A program made the position numbers and the translations under genes. 64,000 nt of DNA from a virus. The notes beneath the pieces were generated by a model that had not been told where the DNA came from, ran no database searches, and saw only the letters and a list, made by a program, of their open reading frames with translations. Within the stretch, counting starts at the first letter, position 1. Each line of letters begins with the position of its first letter. The stretch covers positions 1 to 64,000 of IMG/VR virus record IMGVR_UViG_3300047157_000105, one strand, 5' to 3'. Of the stretch, positions 50,349 through 59,876 are shown one piece after another.

Positions 50349-50509
50349 TGAAAATGAAAAAAATTTCAAAATCAAGATGGGGAATACTAGCACTCGTGGT
50401 AGTAGGTCTTATTGTTTTATTTAATGTAGCTGGATGTTCTGTAGTGCAGAGCAGTTGGGATAAAATAAACCCAAATAAAATTGAAGTTCCAGTTTGTGAA
50501 GGATCATGA
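50348..50509 (+). CDS. small lipoprotein
   Basis: 53 aa; basic N-terminus, hydrophobic core, VAG-C lipobox; coupled to both neighbours. Confidence 0.55.
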   Translation: MKMKKISKSRWGILALVVVGLIVLFNVAGCSVVQSSWDKINPNKIEVPVCEGS

Positions 50510-51060
50510 GAAGCATGCGAGGATATAAGAGGTTAGTATTACTATCATTCCTATTGCCAATATTGGCTTGGGCAGAGATCGAACAAGTATGGACAGATTT
50601 CAGCCCAAAGCCTGAGGTTGTATATGATATAGCACCTGAACCAACGAAGAGTGCAGCAGCAATCGTTAAAGAAGTTCAGGAAGTTCAGATCGAAGCCAGA
50701 ACTGATGAGACTGGTACAGAGAATTTAGACAAAGAAAAGTATAGATCATACTTTGAAGATAAGTCTCTTGTGCTTATGGTCTTAGGTGGAGTAGAATATT
50801 GGAAAATGAATTGCGGTGAGTTATCAGTGCAAGGTAACTATTTCATGAAGCTTGCAATCAAAAAGCATGAAATAGACGAAGAGGAAATGCATATGGATAT
50901 GAGTTTCCAAACAGGTTTATTTGCTGCTCAACTATATAATAGCTGTGACCACTTTTTACAACAAGTAAAATCGATTGGATTAGATATGATGTTTGTAGTA
51001 GACCCAGATGTCGTACCCTCACCAGAAGCAATAAATAATATAAGCAATCCAGAAACATAA
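50506..51060 (+). CDS. secreted hypothetical protein
   Basis: Signal peptide ending AWA; two Cys. Confidence 0.55.
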   Translation: MRSMRGYKRLVLLSFLLPILAWAEIEQVWTDFSPKPEVVYDIAPEPTKSAAAIVKEVQEVQIEARTDETGTENLDKEKYRSYFEDKSLVLMVLGGVEYWKMNCGELSVQGNYFMKLAIKKHEIDEEEMHMDMSFQTGLFAAQLYNSCDHFLQQVKSIGLDMMFVVDPDVVPSPEAINNISNPET

Positions 51061-51062
51061 GT

Positions 51063-51091
51063 ATGTACAAACCATACTTTAGTGATATAAT
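51063..51091 (+). promoter_or_regulatory. early/middle-type promoter
   Basis: ATGTAC-N17-TATAAT. Confidence 0.75.
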
Positions 51092-51097
51092 ATACCC

Positions 51098-52759
51098 ATG
51101 ATATTATTCAAAGAACTCACATACAAAAACTTTCTCTCAACTGGTAATAATGCAATAACAATAGATCTCAATAAGTCGAGATCAACTCTTATTGTAGGTA
51201 CTAATGGTACAGGTAAGTCTACCATATTAGATGCCATATCATTTGCTTTATTTAATAAGCCTCATCGTAATGTCAAGAGAGGTGGCTTAGTTAACTCAGT
51301 AAATGGTAAAGGTTGTGAGGTTACCATAGAATTTGAAACCGCTGGTCATACGTGGAAAGTATTACGTGGTATTAAACCAAATAAGTTTGAAGTCTATCAA
51401 GATGGTAACATGATAGATCAGCAAACAAATGTAAGAGACTATCAAAAGTTCTTAGAGCAAAACATCTTAAAGCTTAATCATAAATCATTCCATCAGATTG
51501 TGGTATTAGGATCATCTTCCTTTATACCGTTTATGCAACTGAAAGCATGGGACCGTAGAGATGTGATTGAAGATCTATTAGACATTGGTGTGTTTAGTAA
51601 GATGAAGACAGTATTAAAAACACGTAATGCTCAATCAAAAGAATGGGCAAAGAATTCACACATTGCATTAAATAATCAGAAAGACAAAATAGAATATCAA
51701 AAGAAACACATAGCACAATTAGAATCAATTAATGAAGATGCAAAGAAATCATTTAATGAAGAGATAAAAGAAACACAAGATAAAATTGATTCTCTAAAAT
51801 CTGATTTGGATAAATATCCGGTTGGCTTACGCGGCACTCTCAACTCCTTAAGGAAAGTCAGAGAAGGTCTAAATACTGAGAAAGGTAAACACTCACATTC
51901 TATGAAAGAGCTTGTAGGTAAAGCAAAGTTCTTTGAAGTGAATACTGCTTGCCCTACATGTACTCAAGAGATCAGCGAAAGTGTAAAGACTTCTATGTTG
52001 ACTGATGTACGTACACAAGCAAAACAAACTCAAAAGGATATAGATCTAAATAAAACAAAGTTCGATGAGACTATTAAAACACTAGAGGATGTGCAAACAC
52101 AAATCTCTGAAATAGCTGATATTAATTCACAAATATCAACACAAACAACTACAATGACAAAGCTAGTCAATAAGCAAGTCAAAGAAGTTGATATTGATGC
52201 ACCTGCCAAAGAGCTTGTTGATATGACCTATGATCTAATTGATATACAGGATAACCTCACGGAAGCTGAGGATCAGGTATTATATAACAATATTGCCGCT
52301 GAGATGCTCAAGGATACAGGTATTCGAACGAAAATTATCAGAGAATACTTACCTGCCATGAATGCCCTGATCAATAAATACCTCCAGACACTTGAGTTCT
52401 TTGTTGCATTTCACCTTAATGAGAACTTCGAAGAGTCAATCAAGTCAAGACATAGGGACGAATTTGTATATGCTAACTTCTCTGAAGGTGAGAAGATGCG
52501 TATTGATTTGTCATTGTTGTTTGCATGGAGACAGATAGCAAAGATGAAAAACTCTACAAACACAAATCTATTAATCCTTGATGAGACATTTGATTCATCT
52601 CTTGATGATGAAGGTACAGACAATCTAATGAAGATCTTAAAGACATTAGAGAAAGGCACAAACACATTTATTATATCACATAAGCCTGATGTTCTTGAAT
52701 CAAAAATGGAACAAAAAATACAATTTACTAAGAAAAATAATTTCTCAGAAATCGCATAA
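51098..52759 (+). CDS. gp46: recombination ATPase (SbcC/Rad50-like)
   Basis: KNFLSTGN, G.NG.GKST, CPTC hook, FSEGEK.RIDL, LILDE. Confidence 0.96.
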   Translation: MILFKELTYKNFLSTGNNAITIDLNKSRSTLIVGTNGTGKSTILDAISFALFNKPHRNVKRGGLVNSVNGKGCEVTIEFETAGHTWKVLRGIKPNKFEVYQDGNMIDQQTNVRDYQKFLEQNILKLNHKSFHQIVVLGSSSFIPFMQLKAWDRRDVIEDLLDIGVFSKMKTVLKTRNAQSKEWAKNSHIALNNQKDKIEYQKKHIAQLESINEDAKKSFNEEIKETQDKIDSLKSDLDKYPVGLRGTLNSLRKVREGLNTEKGKHSHSMKELVGKAKFFEVNTACPTCTQEISESVKTSMLTDVRTQAKQTQKDIDLNKTKFDETIKTLEDVQTQISEIADINSQISTQTTTMTKLVNKQVKEVDIDAPAKELVDMTYDLIDIQDNLTEAEDQVLYNNIAAEMLKDTGIRTKIIREYLPAMNALINKYLQTLEFFVAFHLNENFEESIKSRHRDEFVYANFSEGEKMRIDLSLLFAWRQIAKMKNSTNTNLLILDETFDSSLDDEGTDNLMKILKTLEKGTNTFIISHKPDVLESKMEQKIQFTKKNNFSEIA

Positions 52760-52810
52760 CTGCTCTATCGGGGTACCGCACCCCGCAACATCAACACTGG
52801 CAATACATTC

Positions 52811-52846
52811 TCTGGCACACCAACTCGCCGCATCTGGACCAGTAAA
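52811..52846 (+). repeat. 36-bp direct repeat, copy 1
   Basis: TCTGGCACACCAACTCGCCGCATCTGGACCAGTAAA, identical to 54055-54090. Confidence 0.95.
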
Positions 52847-52849
52847 AGG

Positions 52850-52879
52850 TTGTACATGACTGGTGAAACAGTGTATAAT
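52850..52879 (+). promoter_or_regulatory. early promoter TTGTAC-N18-TATAAT
   Basis: Immediately follows repeat copy 1. Confidence 0.7.
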
Positions 52880-52911
52880 GGTACCATAATCAATTAAAAA
52901 AGGACTAAATT

Positions 52912-54054
52912 ATGAATAAAGTGATCGAACAATTAATGACAAAATTTCCAAAAAAGACTGAATTTACAGCTAAGATGATTAAAGAAGCTGCTATTGCTGT
53001 GGGTGAGAATCCTAGATCAGCTTATGTAAATATCAGATATACAAACAATGCACCTACGGTACGTCGCGGTGTATATAACTTAGAATCTATGATGCCAAAA
53101 TCTGCTCGTCCAGCTAAAGCTGTTCCTGAAATGGTTAAAGGTGTTGAGTCGGTTTCAAATGACGAAGTCTTTGTTCCTGACTTTGATCCTACTTTTGTTC
53201 CATGGGGTAACTTTGCTGAGATCGTGAAAGTGCTTAAGTCTGGTATGTTCTATCCGACTTTTGTATCTGGTCTATCCGGTAACGGTAAGACTTTCCAGAT
53301 CGAACAGGCATGTGCTAAACTTAATCGTGAATATGTACGTGTTCAGATTTCTCCTGAGACTGACGAAGATGATCTAATCGGTGGTTTTCGTTTAATCAAA
53401 GGTGAGACTGTGTTTCAAAAAGGTCCAGTGATCAAAGCTATGGAAGCTGGTGCTGTTCTTATGATTGACGAGATCGATCGTGGAACTAATAAAATCATGT
53501 GTTTACAAGGTGTGCTTGAAGGCAAGCCAGTTCTGATCAAAAAGACTGGTGAAGTTGTTGAGCCTGCCGATGGTTTCAACGTGATTGCCACTGCGAACAC
53601 TAAAGGTAAAGGTTCAGAAGATGGACGTTACTCTGGTGCGACTGTTATTGACGATGCATTCCTAGAGCGTTTCACTATTACTCTTGAACAGACTTTCCCT
53701 ACTATTGCTACTGAAGAGAAAATCGTTATGAAGCATATGTCAAAGTTTGAAGCTGTTGACGAAGAATTTGCTAAGCTACTTGTTGGTTGGGCAGATGCTA
53801 TTCGTAAGACTTTCTATGATGAAGGTATTGACGAAGTTATTTCAACTCGTCGTCTATGCCACATCGTTCAGACTTTCTCTATCTTCGGTAAGAGAGACAA
53901 AGCGATTGCTCTTTGTGTAAACCGTTTTGACGATGACACTAAAGAAGCTTTCATAGATCTTTACGAGAAAGTTGATGCTACTATCAATGATCCTGAGCCG
54001 GAAGTTGACATTGAAGCTGCTGACTCATTTAATGACTCATGGGATGATGAATAA
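52912..54054 (+). CDS. CobS/MoxR-like AAA+ ATPase
   Basis: GLSGNGKT, ETDEDDLIGG, IDEID, ATANTKGKG, AFLERF, STRRL. Confidence 0.9.
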   Translation: MNKVIEQLMTKFPKKTEFTAKMIKEAAIAVGENPRSAYVNIRYTNNAPTVRRGVYNLESMMPKSARPAKAVPEMVKGVESVSNDEVFVPDFDPTFVPWGNFAEIVKVLKSGMFYPTFVSGLSGNGKTFQIEQACAKLNREYVRVQISPETDEDDLIGGFRLIKGETVFQKGPVIKAMEAGAVLMIDEIDRGTNKIMCLQGVLEGKPVLIKKTGEVVEPADGFNVIATANTKGKGSEDGRYSGATVIDDAFLERFTITLEQTFPTIATEEKIVMKHMSKFEAVDEEFAKLLVGWADAIRKTFYDEGIDEVISTRRLCHIVQTFSIFGKRDKAIALCVNRFDDDTKEAFIDLYEKVDATINDPEPEVDIEAADSFNDSWDDE

Positions 54055-54090
54055 TCTGGCACACCAACTCGCCGCATCTGGACCAGTAAA
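54055..54090 (+). repeat. 36-bp direct repeat, copy 2
   Basis: Identical to 52811-52846. Confidence 0.95.
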
Positions 54091-54093
54091 TAG

Positions 54094-54123
54094 TTGTACA
54101 GCTGGTCCAAAACGTGATATAAT
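54094..54123 (+). promoter_or_regulatory. early promoter TTGTAC-N18-TATAAT
   Basis: Immediately follows repeat copy 2. Confidence 0.7.
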
Positions 54124-54154
54124 GTACACATAACGAATTAAAAAAGGACATATT

Positions 54155-56314
54155 ATGAATTTATCAGCTCAAGAATACCTAGCCAAACTACTTGCTAAAG
54201 AGAACTTGTCTGTTCAACACGGCAACTATTCTACAGCTAGTTTTGACGTTGTTAACAGAGTACTTCGTCTTCCTCTTTGGAAAGACAAAGGTAAAGACGT
54301 TTATGATCTTTTAGTTGGTCACGAAGTTGGCCATGCGCTTTATACTCCTGCTGATGGATGGCACGATTCTGAAAAGAAGATCGGTAAGATTCCACGTGCA
54401 TATCTTAACATCGTTGAGGATATCCGCATCGAACGTAAAATCATGGAGACATATCCTGGTATCGTTCGTCGTTTCAAGAATGGTTATAAAGTTCTTTTCG
54501 ATACTGATCTTTTTGGTACTAACGAGAGAGATATCAACAAGGCTGGACTTATGGACAGACTGAATGTTTCTTCTAAAGGTCGTGGTTATGTTCCTGTTGA
54601 ATTCTCTGATGAGGAATCTCCATTAGTCAAAGAAGCTATGGAAGTTAAAACATGGGATGACGTTGTCAATGTTTGTAAAAAATTATATGATTTCATCGAA
54701 GATCAAAAAGATCAAGAAGAAGATAAAGATGAAATGGAAATGGGTATGCCAAGTGCTGACGAGGGTGAATCTCCTGAGAACGAAGGTGAAACTCCTATCT
54801 CTGGTGATGAGGAAAGCGATGACTCTGGTGAAGGTAATGGTGACTCTGATGGTGAAGATGAATCTGACGAAGAGCCTATAAGTGCTGAAGTTGCAGATGA
54901 TGAAGCTCCTGAAGGTCATGAGACTTGGACTGAAGATACTCAAAGAGAACGCGAAGAAGATCTTCTTGAAAAATCTCCTGAGCGTAATTTCGAAAGAAGT
55001 GGTCAGCCTCAATACTCAAGCGGCATGAGCGATGAGAATATCGAAAAGATTCTTTACTCTTATGACTATGCTAAATCATTACGTGACGAGTATGTAGAAG
55101 ACTTAATGGGTGAAAGACTTCGCTATGGCGATGACCATAGTGCTTATACTCACGTAGCTTGTAGAGAAGATTTCAATGAGACTAAACTAGTTTACAAGCA
55201 GCAAGCAAATCTTATGGCGAAAGACTTCGAACGTAAGAAAGCTGCATTCGAATATTCACGTGCGAGGACTGCAAAGTCTGGTAAACTTGATCCTTTAAAG
55301 TTACACGCATACAAAACTTCAGAAGATATTTTCTTGACTACTACTCAGTTAGCTCAAGCAAAGTCACACGGTATCGTAATGTTCCTTGATCTTTCTGGTT
55401 CAATGTGTGAGATCATCGAAGATGTTACTGCTCAAGCAATTACTATTGCTATGTTCTGTCGTCAAGTCAATATTCCTTTCGAGGCATATAACTTTACTTC
55501 TACTTCATACTGGAGAGAACGTGGTAAGGGTATTCGTGAGATGGACCACAAAGCTGGTGAGTTGCATTCTGACGGAACTAAAGTTGTTGAGATGTTCTCT
55601 TCAAAGATGAATAAGAAAACTTTTGACGAAGCTGCTTATGTTTCATTTGCTATTGCCAAGGCACATAGCTACACTAACAAACACATTAGTTACCACATAT
55701 CTGGTCACTATCTTCATGCTCTTGATGCTATGGGTTCAACTCCTCTTATTCAGACTGCAATGCTTGCAGCTAAATTGACTAAGGCATTCACACGTAAACA
55801 TGCGATACAAAACACAAACATTATGTTCCTAACTGACGGTTATCCTGATGGAATCAATATTGAACATGATTCAGATGCTACTGTTATGACTTCACGTGAG
55901 GCAATGATTAAATTTGACGGTAAGTTGATACGTGGCCAGGGTGGTCGTAAGATCTATGAGGCTGTTCTTCACAGACTTAAAGAGATAACTGGTGCAACTA
56001 TTATGGGTTTCCACCTTGCGTATGATGCATCTACTTTCGGACAAGGTTATGTTAACGTTGATGACAACAGAGAATTTCCTAAGGTAATCAAAGAGTGGAG
56101 AAAAGTTGGTTTTGGTGCTTGGAAAAATGTTAAAGGTTACGATGACTATTTCATTATCAAGATCAATCGTTCAGCAAGGTTTGATGCTGATGTGTTTGAG
56201 CCTAAAAAAGCTGACACTATCAATGATATTAAACGTGAGTTCAAGAAGTTTGCGAAGACTAAGAAGGGTAACAAGCAATTAGTTTCACGTATTACTGATG
56301 CGGTTGCTGCTTAA
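54155..56314 (+). CDS. CobT-like protein: HExxH peptidase-like domain, acidic linker, vWA domain
   Basis: GHEVGHAL, N.VED.RIE, DLSGSM (MIDAS), STPL, LTDG. Confidence 0.85.
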   Translation: MNLSAQEYLAKLLAKENLSVQHGNYSTASFDVVNRVLRLPLWKDKGKDVYDLLVGHEVGHALYTPADGWHDSEKKIGKIPRAYLNIVEDIRIERKIMETYPGIVRRFKNGYKVLFDTDLFGTNERDINKAGLMDRLNVSSKGRGYVPVEFSDEESPLVKEAMEVKTWDDVVNVCKKLYDFIEDQKDQEEDKDEMEMGMPSADEGESPENEGETPISGDEESDDSGEGNGDSDGEDESDEEPISAEVADDEAPEGHETWTEDTQREREEDLLEKSPERNFERSGQPQYSSGMSDENIEKILYSYDYAKSLRDEYVEDLMGERLRYGDDHSAYTHVACREDFNETKLVYKQQANLMAKDFERKKAAFEYSRARTAKSGKLDPLKLHAYKTSEDIFLTTTQLAQAKSHGIVMFLDLSGSMCEIIEDVTAQAITIAMFCRQVNIPFEAYNFTSTSYWRERGKGIREMDHKAGELHSDGTKVVEMFSSKMNKKTFDEAAYVSFAIAKAHSYTNKHISYHISGHYLHALDAMGSTPLIQTAMLAAKLTKAFTRKHAIQNTNIMFLTDGYPDGINIEHDSDATVMTSREAMIKFDGKLIRGQGGRKIYEAVLHRLKEITGATIMGFHLAYDASTFGQGYVNVDDNREFPKVIKEWRKVGFGAWKNVKGYDDYFIIKINRSARFDADVFEPKKADTINDIKREFKKFAKTKKGNKQLVSRITDAVAA

Positions 56315-56332
56315 TTTATTTAGGGTGAGGGT

Positions 56333-56361
56333 ATGTACTTTCACCCTTTACGTGTTATAAT
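56333..56361 (+). promoter_or_regulatory. early/middle-type promoter embedded in a hairpin
   Basis: ATGTAC-N17-TATAAT; AGGGTGA...TCACCCT inverted repeat brackets the -35. Confidence 0.7.
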
Positions 56362-56387
56362 ATTACTATATTTGAAAAAGGACCTGT

Positions 56388-56663
56388 ATGAAATTTAATG
56401 AATTAGAAAACATCAATCAGTTGACAACATATGTTGAGAGCACATACTCTAAACATTATGCTGCTCCGAATGGTGTACAAAGTATGGATCTGATCTCAGC
56501 TTCTGGCTTAGGTTTAGATTTTTGTCTTGGCAATGTATTAAAGTATGCGTCAAGATATGGTAAAAAGAATGGAGCAAATCGTGAAGATCTTATGAAGATC
56601 ATGCACTATACTCTATTGGCAATTAATGAACATGACTTAAAGGAGTCGAATAATGAAACTTAG
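56388..56663 (+). CDS. DUF3310-like protein
   Basis: HY, FCLGNVLKYASRYGKKNG...DL.K..HY. Confidence 0.8.
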   Translation: MKFNELENINQLTTYVESTYSKHYAAPNGVQSMDLISASGLGLDFCLGNVLKYASRYGKKNGANREDLMKIMHYTLLAINEHDLKESNNET

Positions 56664-57345
56664 TAATGAAATAAAAGATGTATTGAGCAATTTTCAAACG
56701 ATTAATAGTAATATTGCTCTAGGTGAAGACAATGGAGTTATTCGAACCATGTCCACTTCTAAAACCCTTATGGCAAAAGCAAACATAAAGTTTGATTCTC
56801 CATATCCATTTGGCATATATGACTTAGGTGAATTCTTAAGTTGTCTTAATATGTTTGATGATCCTACATTGTCTTTTGACGATGACAAGAAGTTTGTTAA
56901 AATTACTGATGGTATCACATCATTCCAGTATTACTTTTCGGATATCGACATCCTAACAGTCCCTACAAACGATATTAATCTACCATGTGAAGATCTACAA
57001 TTTACTCTTACTGATGAAGAGTTAAACAAGTTGCGTAAAGCTTCTTCTACTCTTAAGACAAGTAATTTGAGTGTGCGTAAGACTAATATGGGTGGACAGT
57101 TTATTGAGTGTGTTATCCTTGATAAACAGAATCCAACATCTAACCAATTCACAATGAATATTGCAAATTGCAGTATAAATACAGATGCAGAGTTTGATTT
57201 TGTGTTTGATATAAACAATTTCAAATTTAAACCTGCCGCTGAATATGTCTTCGGAATAGACAAAAAGCAGGTAGCATTGATAAAGGCCGGCGACACAGAT
57301 TACTGGGTTGCTCTAGATAAAACTACAACATTTAAGGAACAATAA
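56653..57345 (+). CDS. gp45: sliding clamp
   Basis: MKLS...L.NF..IN, FGIYDL.EFL, YWVAL. Confidence 0.92.
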   Translation: MKLSNEIKDVLSNFQTINSNIALGEDNGVIRTMSTSKTLMAKANIKFDSPYPFGIYDLGEFLSCLNMFDDPTLSFDDDKKFVKITDGITSFQYYFSDIDILTVPTNDINLPCEDLQFTLTDEELNKLRKASSTLKTSNLSVRKTNMGGQFIECVILDKQNPTSNQFTMNIANCSINTDAEFDFVFDINNFKFKPAAEYVFGIDKKQVALIKAGDTDYWVALDKTTTFKEQ

Positions 57346-57623
57346 TGGCAGAAGATAAAGCAATGGGACAAAAAGAGTTTGACGAAGTAGCAGCACAAGT
57401 TGATGCTCCAGCTCCGGAAGGTCCAACAGATGATCAGCTTAACCTAAGTGACATTCGTGCGTGTGTATCAATTATTGATATAGTAACAAAACGTGGTGCA
57501 TTTGAAGGCAGTGAATTAGCTGACGTTGGTGCAGTTCGTAACAGAATCGATTCATTCTTGACAAAAGCTGCAGAGGCACAAGAAGCTGCAAACCCAACTG
57601 AAGCTCCAGCACCAGCTGAGTAA
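57345..57623 (+). CDS. hypothetical protein
   Basis: L.LSD......IID....RGAF.G.E. Confidence 0.65.
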   Translation: MAEDKAMGQKEFDEVAAQVDAPAPEGPTDDQLNLSDIRACVSIIDIVTKRGAFEGSELADVGAVRNRIDSFLTKAAEAQEAANPTEAPAPAE

Positions 57624-57625
57624 GT

Positions 57626-57654
57626 ATGTACTTTTAACAAAAGCATGGTATAAT
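57626..57654 (+). promoter_or_regulatory. early/middle-type promoter
   Basis: ATGTAC-N17-TATAAT; AAGCATG...CATGCTT inverted repeat around the -10. Confidence 0.75.
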
Positions 57655-57679
57655 AATATCATGCTTATTATATTATGAG

Positions 57680-58615
57680 GTGTATGTGAAAGAATTTTTA
57701 TTCGTAGAAAAGTATAGACCAAAAACCATTGAGGATTGTATTCTCCCTAAAGACTTAAAGGAAACATTTCAAAAGATAGTCGATAAGGGAGAACTTCCCA
57801 ATATGATGTTTACTGGTTCAGCTGGTGTAGGTAAGACTACGGTAGCCAAAGCATTATGTCATGAGTTAGATCTTGACTATATGTTAATCAATGGATCAGA
57901 AGATGGTAACATTGATACCCTTCGTGGTAAGATCAAACAGTTTGCAAGTACTGTATCATTACAAGGTGGATTCAAAGTAGTTATCCTCGACGAGGCTGAT
58001 TATCTTAATCCTCAATCTACACAACCTGCTCTTCGTGGTTTCATTGAAGAGTTTAGTGATAACTGTAGGTTTATCCTTACTTGCAATTTTAAGAATCGTA
58101 TTATTGATCCTCTCCATTCGAGATGTTCTATATATGAATTCAACATAGGAAACAAAGCTTTGATGGCAGAGCAGTTTATGAAACGCCTTCAATTCATTCT
58201 TGATTCCGAACATATCATATATGACAATGCAGTGATTGCAGAACTCATTATGAAATACATACCTGACTGGAGACGTGTCATCAATGAATGTCAAAGATAT
58301 GGTATGAGTGGTCACATTGATACCGGCATTCTTGTTACTCTATCTGAGTCAAGTGTCGCTGGTCTTATGGAAGATCTTAAGACTAAGAACTTTAAAAAGA
58401 TGCGTAAATGGGTAACAGATAATATTGACGTAGAATCATCAAAGTTATTTAGATTAATTTATGATAACATGTCAACTTATGTAGAGCCTTCAAGTATTCC
58501 ACAATTGGTGCTTATACTTGCTGACTATTCATATAAAGATAGTTTTGTTGCAGATCATGAATTGAATGTAGTGGCATGTATGACTGAGATTATGTCACAA
58601 ATTAATTTTAAATAG
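57680..58615 (+). CDS. gp44: clamp loader large subunit
   Basis: EKYRP, GSAGVGKTT, ILDEAD, QPALR, SRC. Confidence 0.96.
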   Translation: MYVKEFLFVEKYRPKTIEDCILPKDLKETFQKIVDKGELPNMMFTGSAGVGKTTVAKALCHELDLDYMLINGSEDGNIDTLRGKIKQFASTVSLQGGFKVVILDEADYLNPQSTQPALRGFIEEFSDNCRFILTCNFKNRIIDPLHSRCSIYEFNIGNKALMAEQFMKRLQFILDSEHIIYDNAVIAELIMKYIPDWRRVINECQRYGMSGHIDTGILVTLSESSVAGLMEDLKTKNFKKMRKWVTDNIDVESSKLFRLIYDNMSTYVEPSSIPQLVLILADYSYKDSFVADHELNVVACMTEIMSQINFK

Positions 58616-58622
58616 GAGACTT

Positions 58623-58769
58623 ATGGTACAGGAATTGGCAATGTACGGACAGATAATTACAACAGTGGGTATAGTTATGATACTGTGGCAGCTAGAAAAG
58701 GCTGGCAGATTATTACAACTAATGAGTAAATTCTTAGCGGAGGCAGTAGAAGAGCATGACAAAAATTAA
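58623..58769 (+). CDS. small membrane protein
   Basis: AGGAG RBS; 48 aa with TM IITTVGIVMILW. Confidence 0.5.
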   Translation: MVQELAMYGQIITTVGIVMILWQLEKAGRLLQLMSKFLAEAVEEHDKN

Positions 58770-59049
58770 TATTAGTGGTAATAATCTATATGAAGATCTT
58801 AAAGATTTCTTAAGTGATGAAATCATTGAAGTAGCTTTTACCAAAAAGAATGGTGAAGACCGTGTAATGAAATGCACACTTATGCCTAAAGAGATCCCTG
58901 CTGAAATGGCACCAAAGAATATTGGTAATCCACCAGATGAAGAGAACAGAGACTATCTAAATGTCTTTGATGTTGAAGCTCAAGGCTGGAGATCATTTAT
59001 TTTATCTAGTGTTAAATATGTAAAGACAAATCTCAATGAATCCGTTTGA
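58756..59049 (+). CDS. WYL-like/SH3-fold protein (DUF2693-like)
   Basis: FTKKNGEDR.M.CTL ... VFDVE..GWRSF. Confidence 0.75.
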   Translation: MTKINISGNNLYEDLKDFLSDEIIEVAFTKKNGEDRVMKCTLMPKEIPAEMAPKNIGNPPDEENRDYLNVFDVEAQGWRSFILSSVKYVKTNLNESV

Positions 59050-59407
59050 ATTAATTAAATCTATATCTAGTACAAAGAAGGATATACTTGAGAATGAGAA
59101 AGACTACAATGCCTTTATGGTGAATCGTGGTCTTTCATATTTCCCTGATACTGTTATATACGCTAACGAAATGAATAGGTTTCACCACCTGGATAGCCGT
59201 CTACAGTATCAATTTCTTATAAATACTATTAGAAAACGTAATCGTTTTTCTAAGTGGAACAAGTCGATTGAATCTGATAATATCAGTGCTATAAAGCAAT
59301 ATTATGGTTATAGTAATGAAAAAGCTCGTGATGTACTTCCGCTTTTAAGTAATGAAAATCTTAAATATATAAGAGGAAGAATACAGCATGGCGGAATTCA
59401 ACGATGA
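59036..59407 (+). CDS. gp62: clamp loader small subunit
   Basis: Y..FMVNR.LS...DT...ANEMN, RKR.RFSKW, YYGYS.EKA. Confidence 0.92.
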   Translation: MNPFELIKSISSTKKDILENEKDYNAFMVNRGLSYFPDTVIYANEMNRFHHLDSRLQYQFLINTIRKRNRFSKWNKSIESDNISAIKQYYGYSNEKARDVLPLLSNENLKYIRGRIQHGGIQR

Positions 59408-59798
59408 ACTGGTAAATTGGAAACCAGAGATGATGTTAGAGGTAATACTGGCAGAGCCAGATGATTTTCTAAAGATACGTGAAACTCTCACGAGAATAGG
59501 AGTAGCTTCTAAAAAAGATAATAAATTATATCAATCATGCCATATACTACACAAACAAGGTAGATATTTTATAACTCATTTTAAAGAGTTATTCTTATTA
59601 GATGGTAAGCCTTCTAATCTCACAGAGAATGATCTTAAACGTAGGAACACAATTGTCAAGCTAATGGATGATTGGGGATTACTTACTACAGTTGCTCCAA
59701 TTGGAGAGACAGCATCATTAAACCAAATTAAAATTATATCTCATAAAGATAAAAACGATTGGGAATTATGTCCCAAATATAATATAGGTATTAAGTAA
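59388..59798 (+). CDS. regA: translational repressor
   Basis: PDDFLKIRETLTRIGVAS, LYQSCHILHKQGRY.I.HFKELF.LDG. Confidence 0.96.
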   Translation: MAEFNDELVNWKPEMMLEVILAEPDDFLKIRETLTRIGVASKKDNKLYQSCHILHKQGRYFITHFKELFLLDGKPSNLTENDLKRRNTIVKLMDDWGLLTTVAPIGETASLNQIKIISHKDKNDWELCPKYNIGIK

Positions 59799-59804
59799 AA
59801 CCTG

Positions 59805-59876
59805 TATAAATAAAACTGAATATGCCTAACGGGTATTCATTTTTTTAACCTTGCTATAAAATAGGAGGACAATATG
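59805..59876 (+). promoter_or_regulatory. late promoter plus ROSE-like RNA thermometer leader of hsp20
   Basis: TATAAATA at 59805; hairpin 59817-59839; CCUU-G-CUAU/AUAGGAGG hairpin sequesters the SD. Confidence 0.65.

Noticed and set aside
52811-54090. 36-bp repeats as a CRISPR array
   Set aside because: Only two copies, 1.2 kb apart, separated by a gene; no cas genes.
50051-59225. TATAAATA matches inside gp47, gp45 and gp62
   Set aside because: Intragenic in AT-rich DNA and not positioned before late genes; likely chance.
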